This document shows, piece by piece, positions 33,401-42,436 of a stretch of DNA of 64,000 nucleotides. This DNA comes from a virus, in the IMG/VR virus record IMGVR_UViG_3300042691_030495; one strand, written 5' to 3'. Positions within the stretch are counted from its first letter, which is position 1; each line of letters opens with the position of its first letter. Both the position numbers and the translations under genes were made by a program. Below the pieces are notes generated by a model. That model searched no databases and was not told the origin of the DNA. It saw nothing but the letters and a program-made list of their open reading frames with translations.

Positions 33401-34999
33401 ATTGGTATGCCTCGCTCGACTCGTCCACCTCGCTCTAAGAGCAAGTACTCCTACTTCCACACTGGTGTTGTTCGCACAGACGCTGGTAAGGATATTCCAG
33501 TCGGACAGCTAACTCTTGCAGGCGGCCACGCAGATTTAACTGCTAGCGCATCTCAGGCTGCTAAGCACTACGACGACACCGCTTCAGCAATTGCTGACGT
33601 TTGCGCCGGAGAAGACGAGTACGGAATCTACGTATGCGGTTCACTACGCCCAGGCGCAACCGAAATGCAGATTCGTGCACTACGCGCTTCTGCTCCTTCA
33701 GGCGACTGGAGACCAATCAACGGCTCACTTGAGCTAGTTGCAGTTTGCCAAGTTAACGTCCCAGGATTCCCTATTGCTCGTGCACTTGTTGCATCTGGCA
33801 AGGTTATGGCTTTGGTTGCTGCTGGCGCTAGCTTCTTTGCAATTATGAAGAGCGAGCACGTAGAGCACTTTGTAACTAGAGCAGAGCGTCTATCTCAGCT
33901 AGCTGCTTCAACTCCAGACTTAAAGTCTAGAGTTAAGAAAGCCAAAAAAGAAGCCAAGACTTATGCAATAACCGCTGCGGCTAAAAAGGTTGAGACCATG
34001 CGTGAGCGGGCACTTATTGCTGCTGCTGCAGCCGAGCTTTCAAAGATTAGCGAATTGCAGCGTAAACATCTTGCAGTATCTGGCAAAGCACTTCCAGATG
34101 GCTCATACCCGATTCGCAACGTAGAAGATCTAAAGAATGCAATACAGGCTTACGGAAGATCAAATCCAGAAGATCGCAAAGCGGTTAGAGCTCACATTCG
34201 CAAGCGCGCAGAAGCTTTAGGTAAAACTGACCTAGTTCCAGAAAACTGGAAGGCTGCTGCCATTGTAGATGTGCAGAGCTCCGCAGAAAAGATGCGCTCA
34301 GTTATTGCAGCTGTCAACGCAAAGCTTACTGAGTTTGCTGAAGTCGACGAGATCACTGACGCTGACCTAGAAAAGCTTAAGGACGCTAAAACAGAAGCTG
34401 ACAAGCAGACCGAAGAAGAAATTCAGCAGGCAGAAGACGTCCGCACTGGAAAGACTACTGCAGAAGATAAGTTTGATGAGGATGGCCGCACAAAATTTAC
34501 GCCAAAGACTCAGCCTCGCGATGCTAAAGGTAAGTACCGCAAGGTCTTGGCTAGATTAAAGCAGAACCTAGGAGTAGCCGGTCTACAGAAGGCACTACTT
34601 AAGGTTCAAGAAGCCGAAAACCTAGAGTTTTCCGGTAACTACACCAAGTCGGCTGCTGCCAGCTCAGAGCTTTTGGACATGATTGACAGATTGGACACTA
34701 AGGCGCTAAACCCAGAGGCCTTGGAGAACGTTCGACTAACTGCCGCAGAGCTAGGCAAGACTATTGCCAACCTGCCCCTGCCTTTTGGCAAGGAATCATC
34801 AAAATTAAGATTTAGCGATTTACCGTCTGGACTCAAGGATCTCATCGAAAAGATGATTACTCGGGTCGAGGCCAAAATCGGTAAAGAAGACGCGGCCGTC
34901 GCCACTAAAGGCCTGCAGTCCTATATGTCTGGAGCAGATGTCTACTCCCAGGGTGAAATTCAGTCTGAGATGAGCAAGCTACTCCGACTCCTTACCTAA
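30440..34999 (+). CDS. multidomain capsid maturation (prohead) protease
   Basis: ESGDGRKF...LPLLWQ...GHAGSVVVGRI...FLRGVSADLD (HK97/herpes-type His and Ser); directly before capsid gene; several accessory domains. Confidence 0.8.
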   Translation: MNNLIGRSGSLSLYANNEHGVIIDSSIGAVVASGAASDVYFLESWDLPTDPGAKAEILLAEKALSALEEKAIVAAADRMYTIPKTVQAEAKKALEWRKEENRGGTPVGLNTARTLAKGGQIGIRKIRHIAKYFPRHEVDKKGKGWKPGQENYPSNGRIAWALWGGDAAWRWARTIVERENKKPVTSGGYYPGQTNFETSSEDINPFKYANDLDMHYGPEFLVRVCLDGSGMDRLYMVDIDGSIYVWDDSNWDNMGHVDGDVWTYDRMLDDVYDTQEKTHVIIDPQSALQIAARMAVDPGCKVTMYELDQDEAALTMSGLQDEDWDFIDQVIVAAGTADPTTSQADKDGDGVLDSDFLSEKAENQPRDARGQFAAAGSRVIVGGDAQRGSGVITKVDSKTGMVSVRLDSGKEIEVDAKYTEGEKGFVGPRAVPKTVAPLDLSGIIGESRTPINMPNAHLPGTLPPMSSRDIDNMLYNWPKYVSDMRSSYKPADAADKERVKKTWGLEKFAGENSIVAAAETEKTLTPATSDVPPKYLAIVTEENPQDVVDLVALVPASATSTEPIAYTRDGDKWVRDDQTMADLRSSTKPPVIELDKESLNDVLTQMSETEKAPTKGIEEFSTLKNINAIFDAFVAAGGLDRNRGNAEELRRYWTSGKGAAKIRWGTPGDWTRCVRQLSKYMGPRAKGYCQLRHKDATGVYTGSRLNPGRENSMESQMFSSLEDFNQKVIAHSELVARAAHAKERFAVTAGATPMMDSGARFTIPLLIPEELESGDGRKFKKDSITLRELPLPLLWQIKTGEGHAGSVVVGRIDYIERTENGLGNAYGVFDTGAYGKEAERLVRNGFLRGVSADLDQFEAKEDKKPKPEGSAELEDEGEIGKDKLTVNRARVMAATIVAKPAFQECTISIDESGYQEEENMPLTDGLYEETIDSTVVPLVASGFLDSEIPVVPPQDWFENPNLTKPTPLTVDPSGRIYGHIAAWHVNHIGMPRSTRPPRSKSKYSYFHTGVVRTDAGKDIPVGQLTLAGGHADLTASASQAAKHYDDTASAIADVCAGEDEYGIYVCGSLRPGATEMQIRALRASAPSGDWRPINGSLELVAVCQVNVPGFPIARALVASGKVMALVAAGASFFAIMKSEHVEHFVTRAERLSQLAASTPDLKSRVKKAKKEAKTYAITAAAKKVETMRERALIAAAAAELSKISELQRKHLAVSGKALPDGSYPIRNVEDLKNAIQAYGRSNPEDRKAVRAHIRKRAEALGKTDLVPENWKAAAIVDVQSSAEKMRSVIAAVNAKLTEFAEVDEITDADLEKLKDAKTEADKQTEEEIQQAEDVRTGKTTAEDKFDEDGRTKFTPKTQPRDAKGKYRKVLARLKQNLGVAGLQKALLKVQEAENLEFSGNYTKSAAASSELLDMIDRLDTKALNPEALENVRLTAAELGKTIANLPLPFGKESSKLRFSDLPSGLKDLIEKMITRVEAKIGKEDAAVATKGLQSYMSGADVYSQGEIQSEMSKLLRLLT

Positions 35000-35120
35000 A
35001 AAGTAAGGTAAAATTAGTGGTGGGTCGAGCGCCTCACGCTTTATGCGAAGAGTCCCTCAACCTTGACTATGATCACGGACGCTAAACTGACGTCCAAAAC
35101 TAACTGGCCTAGGAGGTACA

Positions 35121-37115
35121 GTGTACGACCAAATTAAAACTCAGCTGGACACCATCGCTGAGCTTAGCGACGAACAAGTCGCAGAGCTTCAGTCAGATGT
35201 TGTTTCGCAGTTTGAACTGGTTGAGGGTGAAGATCCTACTCCTGAGACAGTTGATGCTATGACGTCGCTAGCCGATTCTCTTGACATGATTCGTGGCGAG
35301 CTTTCTCGCCGTGAGTCATTGGCTGCAGAGCTTGCAGCAAAGGCCGCTGAAGCCGTTGCTCGTGTTAAGGGCCAGGCTGACGACGCAGGAGAGGAAATGG
35401 CTATGACCGAAGACGAGCCTATGGAGGACGAAACTCCTATGGAGGACGCCCCTATGGAGGAAGCACCAGCTTCTGAACCAGAGGCCGAAGTCGAGGTAGA
35501 GGCAAAAGAAGAAGACAAAGAAGATGAGGATGAGGCCATGAAGGCTTCAGCTGAAATTTCTGAGGACGCTCCCGAGCTTGTTACCGAAAGCCCAGTCGAA
35601 GCAGAAGCTTCTTCAGAAGAAGTTGCAGAAATTGCAACTTCAGAAGAAGTTGTTGCTGAAGCATCAACCAATCAGGAAGACGGTTCTGAACTATCAACAA
35701 CCGAAGAAACCGCAGTAGAAACTGCAGAACTAGCAACTGAAGTTGCTGAAGGTTCTGAAGCTTCAACTGAAGAAAATATCGAATCATCAATCGCTCTTGT
35801 AGAAGAGCAGGAAGAGCAGGCCCCAGTGACCGCCGCAGCCGAACAGCCTTTCGAGGCCCCAGCTGACCGTCAGCCTGTTGTTCAGGTAACCGAAGCTCCA
35901 GTGGCAATCACCGCTGGCGCAGATATTCCTGGCTACACCGCTGGCAGCACAATCAACGACATGTACGAGGTAGCCCAGGCTATGGAGAAGCGCATCCACT
36001 CGCTTCGTCGTGTCAACGGAGGAGACGGAGAGCAGCACATTGTTGCATCTGTAACCACCTCGTTCCCAGAGGAGCGCGTCCTCTCAACCGATGCAGAGTC
36101 TAACTCGATCAAGATCAACGCTGTTTCAAGCCAGGCACTTGTTGCTTCTGGTGGACACGCAGCGCCTCTAGAGGTCAAGTACGACATCTACGCAATCGGT
36201 TCTACCACTAACCGCCCAGTACGTGACTCATTGCCACGTTTCCAGGCAGACCGCGGTGGTATCCGTTACGTAACCCCACCAAGCTTTGCTGCTGGTTCAT
36301 ATGCTGACGCTGTTGGCGTTTGGACTGCTGCTGTAGACGCTGACCCAGAGGCTGCTGTAAAGGCAAGCCTAACTGTTTCAGCTGCTGCAGAGCTTACTGC
36401 TACCACTGACGCTGTAACCCTACAGCTACAGTTCGGTAACCTTATGACTCGCGCTTACCCAGAGTTGATTGCTCGCCACAACGAGCTAGCTCTAGTACAG
36501 CACGCACGTGAGGCTGAGCAGTACGTAATTAGCAAGATTGAGGCCGGCTCTACCGCTGTTACTTCTGGAACCCTAATCGGTTTTGGTCGCGACTTCCTAG
36601 TGTCAGTCCGCAAGGCAGCTGTTGCTTACCGTTCCCGTCACCGCATTGCTCAGAGCACTACTCTGACCGCAATTGTTCCTGACTGGATCTACGACGCAAT
36701 GGCAGCTGACCTAGCTCTAGCTATGCCAGGAGACGGTACTCTGTCTGTTGGCCGTGGCGAGATCGAGGGCTACCTAGCACAGCTAAACGTGAACCTAGTT
36801 GCATCACCTGACATGACCGTTTACGGTTCTCAGGGTACTGCTGCACTTCTAGAGTTCCCAGACAGCTTCAAGTGGTACCTATTCGCTGAGGGAACATTCT
36901 TGTTCCTTGACGGTGGTTCACTAGACCTAGGTATCATCCGCGACAGCTCCCTTGTTGGAACCAACGACTACAAGATGTTCGTTGAGACCTTCGAAGGTGT
37001 TGCAAAGGTTGGTATCGAGGCACTTGTTGTCACCCAGACCGTTAACGTTAACGGTGTGGCTGCTGCTCTACGCGACACCACTGGTGGCGCAACCGCAGCT
37101 GCAATCGAGGTCTAA
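35121..37115 (+). CDS. major capsid protein with fused N-terminal acidic scaffold
   Basis: Strong SD AGGAGG; coiled/acidic N-terminus; capsid domain after ALVASGG; terminator follows. Confidence 0.9.
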   Translation: MYDQIKTQLDTIAELSDEQVAELQSDVVSQFELVEGEDPTPETVDAMTSLADSLDMIRGELSRRESLAAELAAKAAEAVARVKGQADDAGEEMAMTEDEPMEDETPMEDAPMEEAPASEPEAEVEVEAKEEDKEDEDEAMKASAEISEDAPELVTESPVEAEASSEEVAEIATSEEVVAEASTNQEDGSELSTTEETAVETAELATEVAEGSEASTEENIESSIALVEEQEEQAPVTAAAEQPFEAPADRQPVVQVTEAPVAITAGADIPGYTAGSTINDMYEVAQAMEKRIHSLRRVNGGDGEQHIVASVTTSFPEERVLSTDAESNSIKINAVSSQALVASGGHAAPLEVKYDIYAIGSTTNRPVRDSLPRFQADRGGIRYVTPPSFAAGSYADAVGVWTAAVDADPEAAVKASLTVSAAAELTATTDAVTLQLQFGNLMTRAYPELIARHNELALVQHAREAEQYVISKIEAGSTAVTSGTLIGFGRDFLVSVRKAAVAYRSRHRIAQSTTLTAIVPDWIYDAMAADLALAMPGDGTLSVGRGEIEGYLAQLNVNLVASPDMTVYGSQGTAALLEFPDSFKWYLFAEGTFLFLDGGSLDLGIIRDSSLVGTNDYKMFVETFEGVAKVGIEALVVTQTVNVNGVAAALRDTTGGATAAAIEV

Positions 37116-37138
37116 ACCCCGATAGCAAATCTCGTAGC

Positions 37139-37164
37139 GGGGGAGGTCAGCAATGGCCTCCCCC
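37139..37164 (+). terminator. terminator/attenuator hairpin after capsid gene
   Basis: GGGGAGGTCA-GCAA-TGGCCTCCCC. Confidence 0.7.
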
Positions 37165-37203
37165 AATACAGAAAAATATAAGACTTAACTTAAAGGATTT
37201 TAA

Positions 37204-38079
37204 ATGGCTTTCACAAAGACTGGTGTTGTAACAGCACCGAAGATTGTGCCATCGGCTTTTGGCCTACTCGCCGTAGTTAAGCCAGAAAATGGTCCTAATG
37301 AGGATCAGTGGATCCGAGGATTCTCCCAGGAATGGGAAACAACACTTTATTCAGCAACTAACTGGGACGACTCTGACTCTTCCGATGGTGAAGTAGTAGC
37401 TGCTGGAACACCAACTTACTACACAGAGATCAAGCCTTTCTTCATTGAAGCAGAAGAGCTCCGCTCAACTCTAGGATTTAACGGCCTTGACCGTATCGAG
37501 CGTCTAAAGAGACAGATCGAAGGCGTCACCCAGCACGCTATGGAAGTAGAGCTTTGGGATGGTGCTGTCCGCAAGGGAGAGAGCCACGCAAACTTAGCTC
37601 TTTCGGATGCATCTGCCACTATTCTTAATGGCGGAACCGCACTTTCACCTCGCCGTGCACTTGCTCTTTTAGAGTACTCAATCGGTCAGGCTTCAGACGG
37701 CGGTGAGCAGGGAGTGATTCACGTAACTCGTGACGTTGCAGCACTGCTTTCTAGTAACTCAAACATGATTTTCCACGAGACTGAAGTAGACCACCTGCAG
37801 ACTATGGGTGGCACTCCAGTTATCGTTGGTTCTGGTTACACAGGTACTGGACCAGACGGTGCAACTGGCGCAAGCGCGTCAGCCACCAACAAATGGATTT
37901 ACGCCACCGGCACCGTTCGCACTTACGTGGGCGATGTCGATGTAGTAAACGACAATCTAGCGCAAGCATATGATGTGTCGGGAAATCAAAATGACATGCG
38001 TCTCAAGGCAATCCGCCCAGCTGCGGTTTACTTTGACACATCCATCCACCTCGCTGTTCGAGTCGATCTAACAGCCTAA
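37204..38079 (+). CDS. minor capsid (capsid-like) protein
   Basis: Position after MCP; TMGGTPVIVGSGY, WIYATG motifs. Confidence 0.65.
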   Translation: MAFTKTGVVTAPKIVPSAFGLLAVVKPENGPNEDQWIRGFSQEWETTLYSATNWDDSDSSDGEVVAAGTPTYYTEIKPFFIEAEELRSTLGFNGLDRIERLKRQIEGVTQHAMEVELWDGAVRKGESHANLALSDASATILNGGTALSPRRALALLEYSIGQASDGGEQGVIHVTRDVAALLSSNSNMIFHETEVDHLQTMGGTPVIVGSGYTGTGPDGATGASASATNKWIYATGTVRTYVGDVDVVNDNLAQAYDVSGNQNDMRLKAIRPAAVYFDTSIHLAVRVDLTA

Positions 38080-38101
38080 GAAACATAAGGAGAATAGCTA
38101 A

Positions 38102-39208
38102 ATGGCTACTCAAGAATATGCTGCCAGCATTCAGGGTGTGTCAATCCGTGTCACCCGCCTAGATTCTGCCGGCAACCTACTAACTGGTCCAGCTGACAGT
38201 TACACAACCTCTGCTTTCATGCGTATCTCGTTTACACCTGAGTACGAAGAAGGCGACGAGATCACCGAAAAAGGCGCTAATGGCGTTGTTTGCGTAACCT
38301 ACAAGGCTCCAGACACCCTAAAGCGTATCACCATGGAACTTGCTATTTGTGAGCCAGACCCAGAGCTATCCGCTCTGATCTCTGGTGGTCTACTTCTTCG
38401 CAAGGATCTAGGAAGCGCTGGATCTCCTAACCACAAGTCAATTGGTTGGGCTGCTCCTGGTGTTGGTGACGACCCTGCTGGTAACGGTGTTGCCATCGAA
38501 GCTTGGTCTCACGCAGTTAAGGACGGAAAGCGCGCAGGCGTTCTTCCTTACTTCCACTGGATCTTCCCATACGTGAAGATGCGTCAGTCTGGTGACCGCG
38601 TCATCGAAAACGGTCTACTAGCTAACACCTTCGAAGGTTACGGTCTAGGAAACTCTTCATTCCAGGCAGGCATTGACGGCCGTTGGGAGTTCCCAGTTGC
38701 TGCAGAGCGTCCATACGCTTATGCACGTTCTGAGTGGGCACCTACTGGTCTAAACGGCTTCTACAGCTGGACTGATGGAACTGGACCTGTTGTATTCACT
38801 TCAGCTACAGCTAAGCAGCCTACAGCGATCACTATTGATTCAGCAGCTACAACAGTAACTGACACTAAGTCAACCATTACCTTCAGCGCTGCCCCTGGTA
38901 TCGCAGTTGGAGATGAGATTTACGTTCAGAACCTAGGTACTCTATTCAACGGTACTTGGACAGTTGCAAGCATCTCTGGATCATCGGTTAGCTTTGTGAA
39001 CGCTGCCGTCACCGCAGATACTACTGGTGTAGTCGGTTCTGGAGCTCGTGTAACTGTATCTGACAGTGTCACCGAGACCTACCCAGCACCTACTCCAACT
39101 ACTACCGCTCAAATTGGTACTGGTGGAAACACCTTCAACGTTCCAGGTAACGTCAACTACAACGCTGACGTAGCGATCGACAACATCATCGCTTCGAACG
39201 AGAACTAA
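38102..39208 (+). CDS. major tail protein with C-terminal accessory domain
   Basis: IRVTRLD...EYEEGDEITEKGANG..C; strong SD; hairpin at about 39220-39260. Confidence 0.85.
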   Translation: MATQEYAASIQGVSIRVTRLDSAGNLLTGPADSYTTSAFMRISFTPEYEEGDEITEKGANGVVCVTYKAPDTLKRITMELAICEPDPELSALISGGLLLRKDLGSAGSPNHKSIGWAAPGVGDDPAGNGVAIEAWSHAVKDGKRAGVLPYFHWIFPYVKMRQSGDRVIENGLLANTFEGYGLGNSSFQAGIDGRWEFPVAAERPYAYARSEWAPTGLNGFYSWTDGTGPVVFTSATAKQPTAITIDSAATTVTDTKSTITFSAAPGIAVGDEIYVQNLGTLFNGTWTVASISGSSVSFVNAAVTADTTGVVGSGARVTVSDSVTETYPAPTPTTTAQIGTGGNTFNVPGNVNYNADVAIDNIIASNEN

Positions 39209-39282
39209 ATAGTTTAAAGACGGGTGGTAGCTTGAGCAACTAGCTTAGGCTACCGCCCGTTAAACTTATCTAAGAGGTAAAG

Positions 39283-40401
39283 ATGACCAACAACTTGTGG
39301 ATTCAGCCCGAAGAGATGGGCGACTATTCGTATACTGAGTATACGTTAGAGGCTGCTAAGACCGCGTCATACCTGCTTTGGGCAATGTCAGGCCGTAAGT
39401 ATACTGGCGAAACTACTGTAACCGAGCGTTATACCTGTACCCTACGCAATAACCGTATGGGCCCATCAACTAAGACCAACTCTCCAGTTCTTTTTGGTGG
39501 AGACGTTTACAATATTCCCTCTGGCGACTACGATGAGTATTCAGAGCTGACTTCTGACGGCATGTCCCCTGACTCACGAATCAAACTTCGTGGTCGTCCA
39601 GTAACTAAAATTCACGCTATAAGAAACAGGCTTGGGGACATTTTAGATCCGTCAAGCTACTACCTTGTAGACCACTCAACCATTCACATCAAGGCCGGAA
39701 CCCCTTGGACCCCATGTAACACCGAGGTTACATACTCCTACGGAACTCCTGTGCCAATTGCTGGAAAGATGGCTGCCCGTAAACTTGCTATCGAGTTTGC
39801 CAGACTTTGGTCAGGCGATGAGGCTTGTGAGCTTCCTCAGCGTGTAACCTCTGTATCACGCCAGGGCGTTTCTTACACAATCCTCGACAACCAAGAGTTT
39901 ATTGACGAGCTCCGCACAGGGCTATACGAAATTGACTTATTCCTTAAGGTTGCTAACCCAGACAACGCTCGCCGCAAGTCCAAGGTATTCTCTGTCGACA
40001 CACCACGTGCAAGAAGGTACACACCGAAAACTGTTGTTATGACACCAAGCGCCCAGTATGACTTGACTTTAGTAAAAGGTGAACCAGCTACTTGGTCTTC
40101 CGTTGGTCTCACAGCTGTTGACCTTGACAACTTCTTCCCGGACACTGGATGGACCCCTGTGATAACACTAAGAAGCTACTCTGGATCCAGAGCAGTTGAC
40201 TTAGATAATTCAGATTTTAGTTTGAATTCTGGAGCTCAGACAATAACGTTTACAGTCCCATACGACAAAGCGCTTAGGGCTCTTGGGATGGTAGATCCTG
40301 GAACCTGGACCCTATACGCAACTAAAACAATAAGCAATGTCCCAAATATAATAGAACTTGCGTCTGGAAACCTTCAGATCAAGATGTATCCAACTGAGTA
40401 A
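39283..40401 (+). CDS. head-to-tail adaptor
   Basis: LWAMSGRKY, CELPQRVTSVSRQGVS, TGLYEIDLF motifs. Confidence 0.8.
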   Translation: MTNNLWIQPEEMGDYSYTEYTLEAAKTASYLLWAMSGRKYTGETTVTERYTCTLRNNRMGPSTKTNSPVLFGGDVYNIPSGDYDEYSELTSDGMSPDSRIKLRGRPVTKIHAIRNRLGDILDPSSYYLVDHSTIHIKAGTPWTPCNTEVTYSYGTPVPIAGKMAARKLAIEFARLWSGDEACELPQRVTSVSRQGVSYTILDNQEFIDELRTGLYEIDLFLKVANPDNARRKSKVFSVDTPRARRYTPKTVVMTPSAQYDLTLVKGEPATWSSVGLTAVDLDNFFPDTGWTPVITLRSYSGSRAVDLDNSDFSLNSGAQTITFTVPYDKALRALGMVDPGTWTLYATKTISNVPNIIELASGNLQIKMYPTE

Positions 40402-40414
40402 GAAAGAGCAAATA

Positions 40415-40582
40415 ATGGCACAGATGATGACAAACTTTACCGCCGCAGATATGCCTGGCGCTAATGTTAAGAAGGCAGCTCCAGCTCCTAGAGCAAAGGC
40501 TCCTAAGGTTGAAGCACCTGTAGTAGAAGAAACTGTTGTAGAGGCTCCAGTAGTAGAAGAGTCTGCTCCAGTAGAGGAGTAA
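40415..40582 (+). CDS. small low-complexity protein (EAPVVEE repeats)
   Basis: Start re-called at ATG 40415. Confidence 0.65.
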   Translation: MAQMMTNFTAADMPGANVKKAAPAPRAKAPKVEAPVVEETVVEAPVVEESAPVEE

Positions 40583-40586
40583 TCTA

Positions 40587-41090
40587 ATGACCTATATCGA
40601 TGGTTCCGGTGTCTTAGAGGATGCAACAAACCTCAGAGACATGATGGACGGCATAGTTGAGCGTGTGGAGACTGTGTTCCAGTCATACAACGTTAACCTA
40701 CCGAACCGTCGATACTGGACTATCGGACAGCCTGCGATTGACTGCGAACAAGTTGTAGTTTCGTTTATTCAAATGTACTTAGGTGCACCTGGAGATGAAG
40801 CAAGCTCTCCGCAGAGATGTAACGTACCTAGAAGCGCTGTTGTCACTATATCTATCGCCAGAGCCGTGCCTATAGTTGGACCAAACGGTCGTCCGCCATC
40901 TCCTGAAAAAATACAAGAAGCTTCTGCTGTATCAGCGATTGATGCCTGGGTTCTTATGGATGCCGTAAGACTTTTTGATATGTGGGACGGCAGTGGTTAT
41001 GGTGTTGGTGTTATTGCAACTGTAGATATAACTCCTCCCGAGGGTGGTTTTCAGACAGTAAACATGAACTTAACTTTGGCGGTTCCATAA
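40587..41090 (+). CDS. tail terminator/neck protein
   Basis: Position; PAIDCEQ and PPEGG motifs. Confidence 0.65.
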   Translation: MTYIDGSGVLEDATNLRDMMDGIVERVETVFQSYNVNLPNRRYWTIGQPAIDCEQVVVSFIQMYLGAPGDEASSPQRCNVPRSAVVTISIARAVPIVGPNGRPPSPEKIQEASAVSAIDAWVLMDAVRLFDMWDGSGYGVGVIATVDITPPEGGFQTVNMNLTLAVP

Positions 41091-41091
41091 A

Positions 41092-41610
41092 ATGCCACTA
41101 GGCGGCTTCATACCAGACAGTCCCTGGATTTATTACGCCAACAAATTTAATAATCACGTAAGAAAGTATGGCAAAGGGGCTGTCGGCTCTCCGGGGACTG
41201 CTTTTACTTTTGCAGTGGGTGGTGTAGTAATCTACAAAGCTGCGCTCCACAAAGAACTTAACACTAGCTCTGGTGGTCTATGGAAGACACTAGAAATTCG
41301 GGGTAACAAAGCTGTAAAGGGTGCTAAGCGCATGGTTGGTGTAAAAACCGGCAGGCTTAGGGCCTCTATTCACATGCGGCATACTGGAAATGCTACCGGT
41401 CAATATCTTTGGATTGGGTCTCAAGTCAACTACGCATATATGCACCACCAGGGTACTCGTCCTCATTTAATCTCTCCTAAAGCTGGAGGAAAAGTACTTA
41501 GATTTTCGAGTAAAGGGAGACTTGTAGTTACTCCGGGGCCAGTAATGCATCCAGGCACTAGACCTAATCCATACCTTTCAGCGCAGCTTCGCCACTTTGC
41601 GTTCCGATAA
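41092..41610 (+). CDS. HK97 gp10-like neck protein
   Basis: VKTGRLRASI...YAYMHHQGT...HPGTRPNPYL. Confidence 0.8.
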   Translation: MPLGGFIPDSPWIYYANKFNNHVRKYGKGAVGSPGTAFTFAVGGVVIYKAALHKELNTSSGGLWKTLEIRGNKAVKGAKRMVGVKTGRLRASIHMRHTGNATGQYLWIGSQVNYAYMHHQGTRPHLISPKAGGKVLRFSSKGRLVVTPGPVMHPGTRPNPYLSAQLRHFAFR

Positions 41611-41697
41611 GCCTACAAACAATAGGGTAAAATAGTAACAGTAAGCTATGTTGCTTATAAATGACTAAAGAAAAAAAGAAAGAAAGAAGATATAAAA

Positions 41698-42036
41698 ATG
41701 GCAAAATTTAAAGATTTTGGTGCTGGAAAATCTCCAGAAAATACTGAAGCTATCTCGTTTAAACTTTACGAAGAAGAGTTCTTCTGCGTTCCAAGTCTAC
41801 AGGGTCGAGTTATGTTATCCCTAGTTAAAGACTCTGCGAGCGAAAACCCAGCGGTTGCCGCTGAAACAATTGATAACTTTTTCAATCAAGCATTGACTGA
41901 CGAGAGCCTAGAGCGTTTTAATGCTCTTACTCTTGACAAAGACAGAATTGTAACAACCGAAACTCTAGGAGAGATTGTCGGTTGGCTACTAGAGGAGTAC
42001 TCTGGACGCCCGGAAGCGCAGCCAGAGGTCTCCTAA
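41698..42036 (+). CDS. tail assembly chaperone (G)
   Basis: Position before tape measure; overlapping -1 ORF. Confidence 0.8.
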   Translation: MAKFKDFGAGKSPENTEAISFKLYEEEFFCVPSLQGRVMLSLVKDSASENPAVAAETIDNFFNQALTDESLERFNALTLDKDRIVTTETLGEIVGWLLEEYSGRPEAQPEVS

Positions 42037-42419
42037 GTTGGGCGATTGATCTCTGGCCTTATGTAAATGGTAAAGCTCTCTTTAATGGCCTCAGGCTACA
42101 AGACATGGATGCAGCTGAAATGCTGGACATCATTCATTTCATGTTTGAGGACGACATGAGATATTCCACAGCAGAAGAGGTTCAAGCCCAGAGCAAGTTT
42201 AGGACAAACTTTTACCGGCTTTACGGCAAAGAGTATAAGTATGGCTCTGACAGTAGTGCAGGCACCACTTATGGAGGCAGAACATATGTTCCTGCTGGAG
42301 GAGTGGATGAGTTTGACCCAAGCCCCGTTGATGCACGTAAGCCATACGTTGCACCAACAAAGTTCAACCCAGAATCGGCTAATCCGTTTGGATCAGTCTT
42401 AGACGCACCACTCGGATAA
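41982..42419 (+). CDS. tail assembly chaperone (T, probable -1 frameshift extension)
   Basis: -1 frame overlap with G; no clear independent start. Confidence 0.65.
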   Translation: MATRGVLWTPGSAARGLLSWAIDLWPYVNGKALFNGLRLQDMDAAEMLDIIHFMFEDDMRYSTAEEVQAQSKFRTNFYRLYGKEYKYGSDSSAGTTYGGRTYVPAGGVDEFDPSPVDARKPYVAPTKFNPESANPFGSVLDAPLG

Positions 42420-42436
42420 GTTAAAGAGGTGACACC

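Noticed and set aside
35020-35110. Structured leader of the capsid gene as a riboswitch
   Set aside because: Only short hairpins, the SD is not clearly sequestered, and no recognisable aptamer
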